Assembly: GCA_013265495.1 (NCBI GenBank) | Contig: MU058423.1 | Location: forward strand, 6,176,939-6,240,938 | DNA from: Vicugna vicugna | Taxonomy: Eukaryota | DNA length: 64,000 bases | Reading direction: 5' to 3' | In this document: piece by piece, positions 27,151 to 40,389 of the stretch | How the letters are laid out: each line of letters opens with the position of its first letter | How positions within the stretch are numbered: the first letter of the stretch is position 1 | Program-made: the position numbers and the translations under genes | Notes under the pieces: generated by a model | Database searches by the model: none | What the model was told of the DNA's origin: nothing | The model's input: the letters and a program-made list of their open reading frames with translations, nothing else

Positions 27151-29443
27151 TTTTCTCAGTTCACAGTTACACTGGTAAGAGGCCAAAGGTCCCTTTGGAA
27201 AAGGCTGGAAGAAATCTTAACAGTGTTTGGCAGTGTCCTGGGGTGTTTCCTCAAAGAAGACCCCATCTTCCCTTCATTCAGGGGGCCCTGGATCTATAAA
27301 CTGGCTGAAATCTGGAAATTGAGGGGCCATGTCTCTCTGGTTTAGATTCAGGTTAGGCTTTTGTTCACTTGACTTAGGATTTTTCTGGCTCTACAGATCC
27401 AGTAACACTTGAACGGCTTCCTATCGATTTCACTTCTAGGGATACCACGATCAACTAACTCTGCAGGTCTGTGCCCGTCAGACTGTTCTGGTGACTGCCT
27501 TGAGTCTGCTGTCTGCTGCAGTAGTCATTCACATCTTACCTCCAGTGGTTAAGTGCCAGCACTTGGCCCCTGCCACCCCGGGACTCCCATTGCGTTTAAG
27601 TTTCTCAGTACAGTCAGTTCCAACTGTTGAGATCTGAGAAGAACAATCACAGAGCTCTTGAAGGGTACGGAGCTCCTCTCACAAATTTATTTCTCATAAT
27701 TGTGGTGAAAGGTATGTCCTCTGGACCCTCCCAGTATGGGAGAGTGAGTTTTAAGTGACAAATTTGCTCTGACTTTCCAATTTCCCTAAACCTCTGACTC
27801 TCTTTCTCTGCACTAAACCGACACAGGTTCTAACTTGCTCACTGTAGGCCAGCTCTTGGTCCACATTTCGGCCAAACCCAAAAAACCTGTTAGAGCCCTT
27901 TCCAGATCCCTGAGCTACCACATTAAATGCAGAATTAAATGCTTAATGAGCCCATTTCAGTAAATTCTCCCTGATCCAACTTTGTGTTCTTTCCACCATC
28001 ACCCCACACGCTCAGTATGCATTCCTATCTATGTTCTCTATATAAATTAGAAAACTCCGTTAGTTCTTTTGTTCTTCTCACGTACTTTGCACTTGACCTT
28101 TAGAGGGCTGCTAGGACCTGAGTCTGGCTATAAGACTAAAAGCAAAGTGGGGTGATAGGCTTGGGTCCTGAGGAGAATCAGTATCTACCTGAAGGGATGT
28201 CATTATTGTTTCTTCAGGTAATATAGGGTCAGTCCCCTCAGAAGAGGGTAGAGAGGCACCCCCACTGAGGGCAGGAAGACCTCTTCCACTGACAAGGAAA
28301 ATTCATCAGAACATAGGGACTCAATGTCTCCAGCTGCATCAGAGTCTTCCCACGTGTCCCTTTTACAACTTTCAGGGCCACATCCCTCCCCAGTCAGTGT
28401 CCTCACTTTAATAATAGACACACTATGAGGCTGGGAATTCAACTTGCTTTGGAATTCAGTCTGTCACAGAATGAGATTCTGAGCTGGATTTTCAGCAGTC
28501 TCAGCCTCATGGCTACAGGTGATAAAGATCTCCTTAAAATCACACGTAGAAGCTCTTGGGTCATTTATGCAGGATATAGCCTGGAAATTTGTACACCTGA
28601 GCTCATCCTTTTCATTCCTGATTTTACCAGAGATAATAGGAACAAGCAGCCAGTCTCATTATATTTGTTAGTCTGGACAAAGTATCACATACACAGTAAC
28701 TCAGATCATGTCTTCTTAGATATGGTTGAATAGGAATATCCAATTATAAGCAGATAAGGTAGGATGGTCTCTGGAGAAAGAGAACCAAGCATGGCTTTCT
28801 TGACATAAGGGAAGCCAGCCATTTTGGTGCAAGCCATTCTGGGATTAGGCCTGGGCCACAAGGTTTGCCCTTGATTTTAGTAATTAATGATCTTAAGGGA
28901 ACAAAATAGTGCAGTAATTAAGGACTGTTATCAGGCAAGAAAGGTAACAATGGCAAAGACAATATATCAGTTGTAAAGACTCAGTTCGGTTTCAATGGTA
29001 CAGATTAGCCTGAAGCACTTAAACACCAGATCAAGTATAACCTAAGGGATGATGATGTTGACCTCATGACCCGTGTGACTTCAATCAACTAAAGCTTGGA
29101 CTCAGCCTTTGCCATAATTCTATGCTGCATTCTCCTCTGCTCAAGTCCCTTCATGAATATGCGTGTACTTTTAACTTAAAACCCAGTTTTGCTGTTCGGG
29201 GAGACATTGCTTTAAGAAAGACCCCTGGAGTTCTCCTTACTTGGCGTAAGTAGTAAATCTTTCCTTCTGCACATCTTTGGCTTGGTTATACCTTTTGACT
29301 CCACACCCACCAAGAGGCAAACCTAGTTTTTGTGGGTTTTGTGGAGATAGTTTATGGCATGATCTGGAGATAGAAATACACAAAATATCAGTTTTCTCCT
29401 TACTACTGAAAATAGAATCATTAGCATCTTTAAATCTAATCAT
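27150..29443 (-). pseudogene. ERV-L gag remnant, interrupted by a solo LTR and a micro-inversion
   Basis: MIRFKDANDSIFSSKEKTD.. resembles the ERV-L gag N-terminus; NKYNETGCLFLLSL; MNSQPHSVSIIKVRTLTGEGCGPESCKRDTWED (ORF 28203-28442). Confidence 0.8.
28745..29337 (+). mobile_element. solo LTR of a different (probably ERV1-class) family nested in ERV-L gag, opposite orientation
   Basis: About 590 bp that interrupts contiguous gag codons (SP|LDIPIQP). LTR-like layout with atgaatatgc octamer-like site, ttaaaa TATA-like site, agtaaa polyA-like signal and a U5-like tail; 3' terminus damaged. Confidence 0.75.
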
Positions 29444-29535
29444 ATTAGAGAGCTAATGCCAAAAACCGCATAGCCAATTCAGAAAACTCACCATTGTAAT
29501 TCTGTTCTTCCGGAACCATCTTAGGTATTAAAATC

Positions 29536-29575
29536 TGTATTAGTCATAGCTCCCTTAGGAAATAGAACCCAGAGG

Positions 29576-29615
<40 letters not shown>

Positions 29616-30042
29616 ATATATAGAGAGAATTGGCTTATGCGAGTATGGAGGCTGAGAAATTCCAGTACCCATAGTCAGGAAGTCAGACACATAAGAAAAC
29701 TGATATCTGGGTCTACAGGCCTGAAAACCAGGAGAGCCAATGAAGTAAGTTCCAGTCTGAAATCTCACTGGCCTGTGACCAAAGAAAGAGAGATGTTTCA
29801 CTTTAAGTCTGAAGCCCAAGTCCCAGCAGGAGTTTCCTCTTACTTAGCCTTTTTGTTTTATTCAGGTCTTCTATTGATTGGATGACCCCCATTAGGGAAA
29901 GCAATCTGCTTTATTTAGTCTTCTGATTCAAATATTAATCTCATCCAGAAACACCCTCACAGACACACCCAGAATAATGTTCAGCCAAATGTCTGGACAC
30001 CCCATGGCCCAGTCAAATTGACACATAATACGAACCATCTCT
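29536..30042 (-). repeat. 5' LTR (MLT2-like) containing (TG)n at about 29576-29613
   Basis: tgtattagtcatagctcccttaggaaatagaacc... ccagaaacaccctcacagacacacccagaataatgttcagccaaatgtctggacaccccatggcccagtcaaattgacacata; homologous to 23619-24198. Confidence 0.92.
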
Positions 30043-31139
30043 AATAGTAAATATTTATTGTTTAGTTTCAGATAAAAAGAATCATTGTAACACTTTCTTC
30101 TTATACCCCAATGAAACATCTTGTATTTATTACAATCTAGAAACCACTACATTCTACTGCACTTAACGATTGTCAAAAATAGAGACTACAATAATGTTAT
30201 TGGTGATGTAGGAGGCAGAGCAGCTGAGAAAAATAGTAATTGGAAATTAGTAAAATTAACAATTAACTCTGAAAGCACATACTAGAAAAGAAGTCATGTT
30301 TCCTCACTGCATGAGGGAAAACATAATGATGTAAATAATTTTTCATATATAATAAAGCTAAATCATTGTATTGGAGTGCATAACATATAGAACATGGGGG
30401 AAAAGCATGCATAGTTTTTAAATCTAGTTTAGAAAATGTGTGCAATATCTTGACCTAAAGGAAAAAGGTGGGGAACTGTAATTGCTTGAAAAAACTGGTA
30501 TGAGAAATGCTAGGTAACGTAAATGAATCTCATCATTCATTTGGGGTGAATTTCTTTAAACATGTAAGGACCATTAATTAAGATGTCACTGAACACAGGA
30601 AAACAAAATAAATTAAAAGCAAATGGAGCAGTGGATAAAAGATAAGATAAAAAGCACAAAAAAATAAAGGGGGGGTAAAGAAAACTATAAAGTAAAAGAG
30701 ACCTATCAAAAAGGGATGATAACTTACATGCATATAGTTTAGAATAAACATGAAATAATAACACTTTTAGACAACATTAATGAAATTATTCTAATCTTCA
30801 ATGTGGCTGTTTGATATCTGACCCATCACTTATTGATATGAGCAGAGAACTACATTAAATTATATGGGGAACTAAAAGCTGTAGGAAGGACATGTTATTT
30901 TGGCCCTCATTACTTTTTTACTCCAGAAAATGAGATAATAAATAAATATTCACATACATAATTAGAAAGCAAATACAATTAGAGATTGTTGATAATAGAG
31001 ATGAATACTAGGAATATTAATTTTGGAGGGAGTTAATTTGTGAAAGGAAAATTCTTCAAGAATGAGAGAATTCTAGGATAGAGTTAGCCGAGAGGAGACG
31101 CCATAAATTATAGCATAAAATTATATAAATCTGATAATG

Positions 31140-31872
31140 AAACTGAGGCAGCTGACTATGAGACAATGCATCATTATCATGTTCCTATGTCTAACATACA
31201 CTTTAAGCTAAACTGTTAGGAAGAAAGAGTCCCTTGGGGCTGCCAGCATAAATTAGACTTTAAGATAAAGTAGAACAAGTGCTTTCTCATTTCTCACCAG
31301 CCAAATATTGGAATTCCTCCACTTTTTAGGGTCACCGAACACATCAAAAAGGTAAAAATTAGTTAAATAAAATTATGGCTCAGTGGAAGGGAGAATTAAT
31401 AGACTGTTTTTGGGGTCAGATTAAAATATCTACAATTAAGCATGGAGAATATACCTCCAACTCCTTTATCAGGTGACTTGGAAGGCTGCAAGACTGAGGG
31501 AGCCCCTTAATAAGGTAGTGTTACAGCTGTTCTAGGCTGTGATGTAAGCTTTCCTTCGGCTCCTGCTCAGGTTACATGATCTAGAAGATCCAGTGTTGCT
31601 GGAGGAATCCATAATAGCTGGAATTTCTTTGTGAAGTTCCCAGAATCAGTACATCATAAGGTTTAACGGATACAAAAAAAAAAAAATACCACTGTGCAAT
31701 GGTAAGAGTATATCTGGCATTGGTCTCAACCAATCCCAGATAGCACAAGTAAATCGCACAAAGAGACGGACTCAGACACCCATTTTACTTACCTTGGTTG
31801 TGCCAGTGCCTCCCCTTCAACTCAATGCTTTTTGCTCAGTGGGGGTTTTCATGTAACCAGTTGGTAGGAAGG

Positions 31873-31907
<35 letters not shown>

Positions 31908-33573
31908 CTTGGTTTAGAGATTTACTCAAAATGTAGGTGTTTGCTAAAAATAAAATATTGTCACACTAGAGTATTACTGAAATATTGTCGCTCAGTGGTG
32001 TTCCTAAGACAGTGATGAGCGAAAACCATTCAAATGGACAGAGATACAAGCAGTGCATGAGATACTTCCACTTTGTGTGGAGGAGGACCTAGTCTGAAAT
32101 AAGAAAATGTATAAATTCAAGAGCAATAATAAATGGCTTGGCTGATTGGGTATCTAAAAGGTACCTCACTAGAAGATCATATACAAAGAGTTATGGGTAA
32201 AAAGAACAAGTGAATTGACCTATGGAAGTGAGTAAAAAGTCTGTGGATCTTTTTGATCTCACGATCAGATCGCACCAGAGAGCATCCACTGCAGCAGAAG
32301 CACTCAACAATCAGGTAGATGAGATTTCTCAGTAGCCTTCAGTTAATCTGTATTCTTACATATGATGATTTTTTGCAAGGTGCCACAAATGGAGTAGCAT
32401 TGTAGCAAGGATAGAGGCCATATAAGAGTTCAACAGAATGGCATCTCTGACACCAAGACTATTTAACTACTGTTGCTGTTGAATGTTCATCTGGCCAGTA
32501 GCAATGAATGATGCTGACTCCTTTATGTGATACCACCCTGTGAAAAGACCAGCTTATTATTTAGTGGAAAGTTAATTACATCTGTCTCTTTCAGTCCTGG
32601 AAGATTCAGTGACTTATCTTTATTGGAATTGACATTTGCTCTACATAGAGTTCTCTGCCTACAATTTCTCTGCCAAAATCACCAGCCTAAAGAATTCCTG
32701 ATTTACGTTCCTGGGAATACCATATGATAAAATCACCAACAAAGGGAGACAGCTCATGATGGAGATGCAAAACTGTGCATGACCCCAGGACCCAACGATT
32801 CTGTACATCCTCATTCAGAAGCACTCATTCTAATAAAATATTGAAATAGTCTGTAAAGATTTAAGTGAAGTTCCAGTTTAGGTGTACTATACCCTGTGAG
32901 ATTCAAGCACAGGCCTCAGAATGCAGTTTATACCTGGAACAAACAACAAATAGATGATTGTTCAGAAATTTTGGGAAAATGGGCTAAATTAAGATTATCC
33001 TCTCACATCATCACTCTCAGTGACCTACTTATCATTTGTGCTTCTCATTTGCCAAGTCATAGTTCCCATTAGATTAAAGGTCCTGAGAGAGACTGCATAC
33101 CTGGGAAGCCTGTAAGGACACAGTAAGTTCCAGTGAACTGGAAGCTGTTAACTAACGAATTGATTAACTACTACCTGGCACTTACAGGCCAGCAGACCAA
33201 GAAAGATAGTACTCTGCTGAAGGGTTAACTGAATGTGTGGAGCTGGTGTTGCTGCAATGTAGTGGGAACTAGGAGAAGTAGGTTAAAAATTCAGTGAATT
33301 CATCAAGGTCTCTCTGTTCTTCTTTGCCTGGTGATCATAATGAGCTGTCACGGACAAGGTAACTAAGAGCTTGGACCATACAGCTTAGTGTAGCTGAGCT
33401 AGTGAAAAAGATTAAATTCAAGAAAGAGATGATGATTATCAATTAGGGCTGTGAGACAATTGCAATAGCAGGGATTGTAGTTTGCTCCAGTAACCATGAT
33501 ATTAAGTTTGTCTTAAAGAGATTCCTGCATCTTAAAAGCCATATGTCAGAGATGTCTTGATGGAGGCATGGAC
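31140..33573 (+). mobile_element. decayed ERVL-class internal region (ERV3-16A3-like pol/integrase)
   Basis: tggtttagagat (WFxD, RNase H), aatggcttggctgattgg (NGLADW), ttattggaattgacatt (integrase IGID); directly followed by an LTR16-like LTR; (CA)n at about 31877-31905. Confidence 0.75.
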
Positions 33574-34094
33574 TGTGGCAGACATGTTTGCTGTACTTAC
33601 CACAGCTTTTCAGCTTACCGTGAGTTTCGCTGCACTTGTAGCTGGTCCTGAAATGTCAGTTTCTTCTAAACTAAAATGAGTACTGTGGACTTTTCCAGTT
33701 TTTCTCTTCAGTGCCTTCTTCCAAACCACAAGATACCAATTCATCTAGTACTCAAGAGAAGCCCAGAACAGTGGAGGAAAATAACACTGCTGGGGTTAAC
33801 CTTCAATTAGTGGGCAAAAGGAGCTGGAGGATGAATGCTCCAGCCTCTTGTCTTTTGGAAAGCCAGTGTTGGAAATGATTCCATACACTTCTTTAAGATC
33901 CCTGAAAACTTTAGCCCCAATTACTAGAGCAAATATTTCAATATTTCAATAGTACACCATTATTTTTGCTTTTTCTTATTAGCTGTATCACTCTGCCAGT
34001 TCCTACTCTGCCTTTGGAATCATCTTGCCAATAAACTACCTACATCCCAGTCATTGTGTTAGGCTCTACTTTTGGGGGAAATCCAAACTGAGAA
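33574..34094 (+). repeat. LTR16-like 3' LTR
   Basis: Begins tgtggcagac and ends ccaataaactacctacatcccagtcattgtgttaggctctacttttgggggaaatccaaactgagaa (LTR16-type end with AATAAA). Confidence 0.8.
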
Positions 34095-34170
34095 AGGTAG
34101 AGAATGTCTTGTTTGCCATTGTATTTCCAGCTTTTACATTAATTCCTGGTGTATGGTAGTACACAATGGT
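34095..34170 (+). mobile_element. L2 3' terminal fragment
   Basis: atgtcttgtttgccattgtatttccagcttttacattaattcctggtgtatggtagtacacaat. Confidence 0.55.
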
Positions 34171-37100
34171 TGTTTATTTTCAAAACTTAAGGTTAGTGGC
34201 CATAATCAATATTCAAATATTTAAGAGACCATTTAGTCTGACTAGAGTGGAAACAAGAACAAAAATATTGTCTATCTGTGTCCTTAATTTTTTTCTGAAC
34301 AGAGTAGAGATTAGAAGGATATAAAAACCAAGATACATATAATTAGATGATTGATAGATAGATAGAAAGTGTACTCATCAGAAGCCCCAAAGAATGAGAG
34401 AAAAAGAAAGGGAAGGTATTAACAATCCTGAAGAATTGATAAAAACAATTGAAATGTTACTCTTTCTTCCTCTTTATGTCTGCCCTCACTGCCATTCTCT
34501 CAATTCTATTTGATTCATATGCCTGTATAATTCGTCTGTTCCTATGCAGATCATTTTGCTGCTATTGATTTTGTTTTTCCTTGTAATAGTGCAATGTGAC
34601 TTTCATAGCTCAAGTTTTATCAGTTTCTAGTTCAAGCTCACGACTAGACTGTCTGAGCTACAAATCCCAATTTGCAAATAAAGCAAGTCTTCTTGGCCTA
34701 ACCGTGGCTATAGCAGTGTGGTCCCATGCCTTGCTTCCCACCCAGCAGTACCTAGAAGAGAAGAATCTCGCAAGAACATTGGCATTTCTCTAGAAAAATA
34801 AAATAAAATAGTATATATATGTACGTGACAAGGACGAAAATGATTGCTAAAGATACCTCCTAGCAAAATAATGTTTTTCAATTTTAATAGTGGATCTTTA
34901 TCTGAATAACTACACTGTTAAATATATAGAATTTCCTTTTTATAAACAAATAATTCTTTAAAGCAATTAGTTGAGAAATTTTAATTTCATTAAGAAAATT
35001 TTCCCTAGGGTCTTATGCGATAGCTGTAAATAATGTTATTGAATCTTCATTATATTCCATGGATTTTATAACTAATATGAATATGAGCCATCATCTTTGA
35101 TATGGTGTTTTAAGAGAAATCCAGAAAATTTTATGTTCATGTGTATATTTGTGTAAGTTTAATGATTAAGAATATGTTGATAATTTATTATATATGATGC
35201 ATATTTTTAAAATTTACATGTACAGAAAATATCTAGCAACACACCAATACTATGATAGAATTTTAACAAAAAATACCTGCTGGATGCTTTGAGATATTCT
35301 TGATCTAAAATAGATTCTTTTTCAGCAAAATTGTACATACCTTCATGGTGGTTGACTGAAAAATTCAAAAGTTCTTTGTTGAAAATTTGGTTCATCGTTG
35401 TTTCACAGCTATGAATTTTCCTATTTATACTACTGTCAGGTCAAGAGACTCCATATTTTATTTTATTTTTATTTTTTCTTTTTTGCTAACAAGAATGACT
35501 GACTAAGAGTGCTGGAAAAAAAATGTTTTCCTTCTGGAATTTAATTAGTTTGACTTTAACTCAAGAAAAGAGATTCTGCTAGCTGTCAGCTACTACTTGG
35601 ATCTCTAGCTAATTAAAGCTCCAAGGATGCCTATTAAAATTGTTCAAAAGTCAAGCCCCCTTTAAAGCATTCCAACATTGCCATACAAGGAGTGATGGTG
35701 ACATTATTGCTCACATATCTTGTTTATTGCATTTGTGTTGAAAATGAGCCAGGATATGCCATCTACTTAGCTCTGCCCTTTTTCTTTTTTTGTAAAATGC
35801 TTTGAAATGCATCAGCATTTGACATACAGTACTTTTATTAGGCTGATGTATATCTTGATAAAACAGATGTAAAAACGATTTAAAATCCCTCCCTCTAGGA
35901 CAGTTGCCAAGATATTCCATTGCGTGTGTGTGTGTGTTTGTTTGTGTTTTCAGATCACTAGTTATTACACTTGTAAAAAATCCTGTTAAACCAGAAAATG
36001 GAAATTATTTACCTGATTTTTCTTTTTCAAGGCAGTATCAATTTAATAATTTGGATCTCCTGGGCTCAGAGACATGGCAATATCTGGAGTGGGATTTTTA
36101 AACTTGAGGCTTGTTAAGGAAATAAAATGATTTACTTTTCATCATTAAGCCTACACTCTGCAATAAAATCTAATAAAATAAAACTTATTCAATCTACATT
36201 TGTATACCTTAGAGTATGGAGTTGTTTGTCCTCTAATAGAAGTTTCTGGTTTCCCCAGTGAGAAATAATGCGACAATCTCCATAGTAAAAATAAAAACAT
36301 AGCTTTTGGCTAATTCATATACATACATGCGTTTCTTTTCCATTTTTTCTCCTCTTCCCACTAGTTCTACTCTGTGTTGTGGCATCTGTTTCCTATTAGG
36401 GCTATTGACTATGAGTCGTAGTCTTTGTATATGCACATGCTCAAGGTTCAGTGCACCAAAGCTATAAAGTGATTTCTATGAGATGCTTTCCTTTCTCCAA
36501 TAGCCGAAAGCTATGACTGAGATATTGCAGCTTTCTTTCTCTCTAAACTGACCACTTGGGCTGCAGTGTCTCTGGAAAGCAAGTCAGCTCCAAATTCATA
36601 AACTAACACACTGAAAAAGGAGGCTGTAAAACCCTTTCTGGCAGGAGGAATTCATGTCTATGTAGAGTGACACCTGGAAATTAGTGCTTAGTGTTTCAGC
36701 AATAGAAATGCCAATATAATTTCTGGAAAAGATGATCAAACTGTCCTTGGGAATGCTGGCCAAAATTTTTACTTATTTATAACTCCATGGAAATCAATGC
36801 TTTATTCCTAGTATAGTGACAAGTACCACACAACAGCTTCATAAACATTGGTTAATAAAGTGGTCTAGCCTTTATGGCATTGCCAAATGAATGCATCTTA
36901 CTTCATTTAAGAAGGATAGGATAGGCTTCTAATGTAAGAGGGCTAAATTTGGGAGTAAGTTGTTATAAATTATATAACAATATTTTTATATATGCATAAT
37001 TTTTTAAGAAGAGAGGCAATCTTTTCTAGATTCTTAATAAAAGCTTTATTATTTAGAATTTTTTATTGTTTTAGAGCACTATTTCTTTGTATTGAAAAAA

Positions 37101-37784
37101 CTTCTTCACAATTGCTTAATTGCAAAGAGATAATATGTACATTATTCATCAAAAAATGGGAGAGGCCGGTAAGTGGCCACTGGGAAGACTGGAACCAGAG
37201 ACTTAAACTTTATTCTCTCTCTGTCATATGACCCCAAACTTTCACCCTGTGAGTTAGTTTGTACCAAAAACTCTGAGCTTAACTTTTTATAGACTTTCAT
37301 CCAATTAAAAAAAGTACTTTTCCCCTTAGATATCAGGATTTTTTTTGTTTCTTTTTTAAATCCTGGAGAGGTTTCTATTAGCCCAGTCTGGATCATTTAT
37401 TCACCCCTTTTGCAAGAATGTCTAGGGAGTTTGATACATGGAGAAAGCCACTGGACAGGCAAAATCATAAATGTTTTATACACAGTTCAGTATAAATTAA
37501 TTGACTGTTTGAAATGATAATTGTGAGAGAAGGAATTTTCTATATGAAAGGATACAAATTGCTAAGGTTATTCAGTCTGAAAGAATAAGTATAAGATGAT
37601 GGTAAAACACACAGATACAGGTATCCACAGAGTAACAAATAGAAAATAGTGGACTATGTGGGGGTGTGTTTCAAAAAGTAACAGTATTAAAATAGTTTGT
37701 AGCATATTATCTAAATCGAGGCTAAAGTTCTATAAATTTTATCTTTTCAGGAGGAACTGAACAAGTTATTGTTCAATTTAATGA

Positions 37785-38140
37785 AAAATCCTTTGTGTTA
37801 GTACACTTGTGAACAGTAATCCCACTTCTAGGAATTTTCAATAATTAAATGGGACCATGAAATGCTAAAAGAAAAAAAAATCTAACACAAGGCTTCTTTC
37901 TTCATTTTTTAATTGACAAATATCAAAACTATATAGCCCAACAAAGGAAATGATAATTTATGTTGTCATAAAATGCAGTTTTATCAACTATTTTAAATTA
38001 TTACAAACTCAAATGATAAAAAGGAAACATTTATATGTATATATTCATTACAACTATTATAAAATATAACATGAATAAACTATTTTTCTCTAAAAATACT
38101 CTGAGAAAATACGTCACTAAGATCATTGTACTTATCTTCA
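37785..38140 (+). mobile_element. ancient L1ME-like 3' fragment
   Basis: cagtaatcccacttctaggaatttt motif and downstream degenerate 3' text. Confidence 0.5.
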
Positions 38141-38149
38141 TTAGTAAGA

Positions 38150-39125
38150 CTAAGGTCTATAGGTTGGCTTTGTGGATTTATCTAGTTTTCTTCTTAGTTC
38201 TATGAATTTTTACCTCCTGAATTCTGAAGTTTTAAAATTAGATTTATATACAGTTAGAATATTTTAGTTTTCTTAACAAATGGACATAATTATTATCAAG
38301 TATCATTATGCATAGTATATTATCAAGTATTTCATGCATAGTACCTGCACGTTATATTGTTTCTCACCATTTAACTTTCAGCCTGTCAGTGTCTTCAGAT
38401 TTAAAGCAATTTGTTTAGTCAGCACATTGTAAGGTTATGTTTTAGTGTGGAGCCTGATAATCTGTCTTTTAATTGGAGAACTGAATGCAATTACACTTAA
38501 TGTGAATATTGAGATGACTGGTTTTAGATGATTATTTTACCCTTTGTTTTCTGTTTGTTTTGTCTGTTTTTTGTTACTTTTTCCATTTTCCTGTCTTAAA
38601 TTGGATTAATCCAGCATTGTTATTAATATTCCACTTGACTATGTATTAATCTCTTTAGCTAGACCTCATTGTATTAATTTCTGATGGTTACACTAGAGAT
38701 TTAAATATACTTAAAATATGCATCATTAACTTATAATAGTCTACCTTAAAATGACATTATACCACTTTACAAAAATTCTCATGCCTTATCAGGGTCTAAT
38801 ACCATTTATCTTCCCATTTTGTGCTCCTATCTTCATATATTTTCTCTCTCCCTAATTTACAAACCTCACAATATATTGATATTTTTCCTTAACTAATCAA
38901 GAAGCTTTTAACTATTTTAAAATATAAAAAGTAAAGATATTATATTCAAGTACATATTTACTTATTCTATATTATATATGATCTTCTGGATATTTGAGCT
39001 TTCTGGGTATTTGGGCTTTTTTTTTTTAAAACAAGCACTTCCTTTAGCATTTCCTATAGTAAATGCTCCCTGAGATAAATTCTCTCTCCTTTTTATTGGC
39101 CGAAAATATGTTTATTTTCTCTTTT
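38150..39125 (-). mobile_element. old LINE-1 fragment (ORF1 end / ORF2 endonuclease region)
   Basis: ttaactttcagcctgtcagtgtcttcagatttaaag; ctgataatctgtcttttaattggag; acttcctttagcatttcctatagt. Includes a 26-27 bp tandem duplication at 38291-38343. Confidence 0.75.
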
Positions 39126-39139
39126 GTTTCTTTGTAATT

Positions 39140-40290
39140 CTCGTAAATATACCCTATTATGATATAATTTACATTCTCTCCTGAAAGTTTTGACAAACAT
39201 ATACACTTGTATAACAATGACTATAATAAAAATGCAGAATAGTTCTATTATTCCTCAAGTTTTCCTAGTGCGCATTCATAGTCAGACCTTCCCCTAATCC
39301 CAGCCACAGGCAACTCATGATCTGTTTTTTGTTCCTATAGTTTCGCCTTTTCCAGAAATTCATATATATGGAATCATGCATTAGGTAGACTTTTGAATTT
39401 GGCTTCTGTTCCTTAGTATAAATTTATAGATAGTCAGCCGAGTTTTTGCTTGTATCAAGAGTTTGTATTTTGTGTTATTGGTGTTTTAATGGATGAAAGA
39501 CAATTTGCTTATCAATCCACCAGAGAGCAATTATGGAGAATATGCTATAAATGTTCTCATGCAGGTCCTTGTATGAATATAAGTTTTCATTTCTCTTGGA
39601 TAAGTGAATGAGATTGTTGAGTCTTCTAATAAATGTGTTTTACTCTGAGTAAAGTTTTACTTATCTAGTATCTTACTATCAAATGTTTTCCAAGTTGGAT
39701 GAACTATCTTACATTACCACCAACAGTGTGTCAGGGTGGCAGTCCTATTCTACACTCTGACCAGCATTCTCTCCAGCAGCTGGTATTGTCAGATTTTTAA
39801 AAATTTGATTTTAATCATTCTAGTTGATATACAGTAACATTTTATTGTGGTTTTATTTTTAAATTTTCTGATAATCAGTAATATTGAGAATTACTTCATG
39901 TGATTATTTGCCATCTGTATATCTTCATTTGTTGATTTTTCTGTGCAAATATTTTGGTCACTTTTTAACTGAGCTGTCTGTTTTCCAATTATTGAGTTAG
40001 CGAATTATTTGTATATCCTAGCTACAATTACTTTAGCAGATATGTCATTTCTAAGTATTTTCTCCAAATGTGAGGCTTATAGTTTCATTCCCTGAAGAGT
40101 TTCTTTTAAATAGCAGATGCTTTTATATTAGGAGTCTAATTTATCTTTTTTGTGTTTTCTTTCTGTGGGTTGTACTTTTGGAGCTGTACCTGTAGAATCC
40201 TTACCTAATCTAATATCACAATTTTTTCTACTTCTAGGATTTATATAGACTTAAGTTTTATTTCTAGATCTAGAATGCCTAGAATCAATT
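39140..40290 (-). mobile_element. old LINE-1 3' end (L1MC/L1ME-like)
   Basis: cagccacaggcaactcatgatctgttttttgttcctatagtttcgccttttccagaaattcatatatatggaatcatgca. Confidence 0.8.
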
Positions 40291-40389
40291 TACAGGGTTT
40301 TTTTTTTTTCCTGCTGAATGGATTGTTAAAAATTATTTATATATTACGCAGAGTGTATACCAAAGAATTTTTAGCAGTGTTTTTGTAAT

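Larger units (their letters stand above)
23619..30042 (-). mobile_element. two-LTR ERV-L provirus with MLT2-type LTRs (decayed)
   Basis: Paired homologous LTRs. Internal start gattttaatacctaagatggttcc (ERV-L type). gag, protease, RT, RNase H, integrase and dUTPase remnants in ERV-L order. Probable 5-bp TSD aatag (23614-23618 / 30043-30047). Confidence 0.95.

Noticed and set aside
24750..29443. Domesticated ERV-L gag, pol or dUTPase gene
   Set aside because: All domains carry stops and frameshifts, the RT core is deleted, and gag is split by an LTR and an inversion
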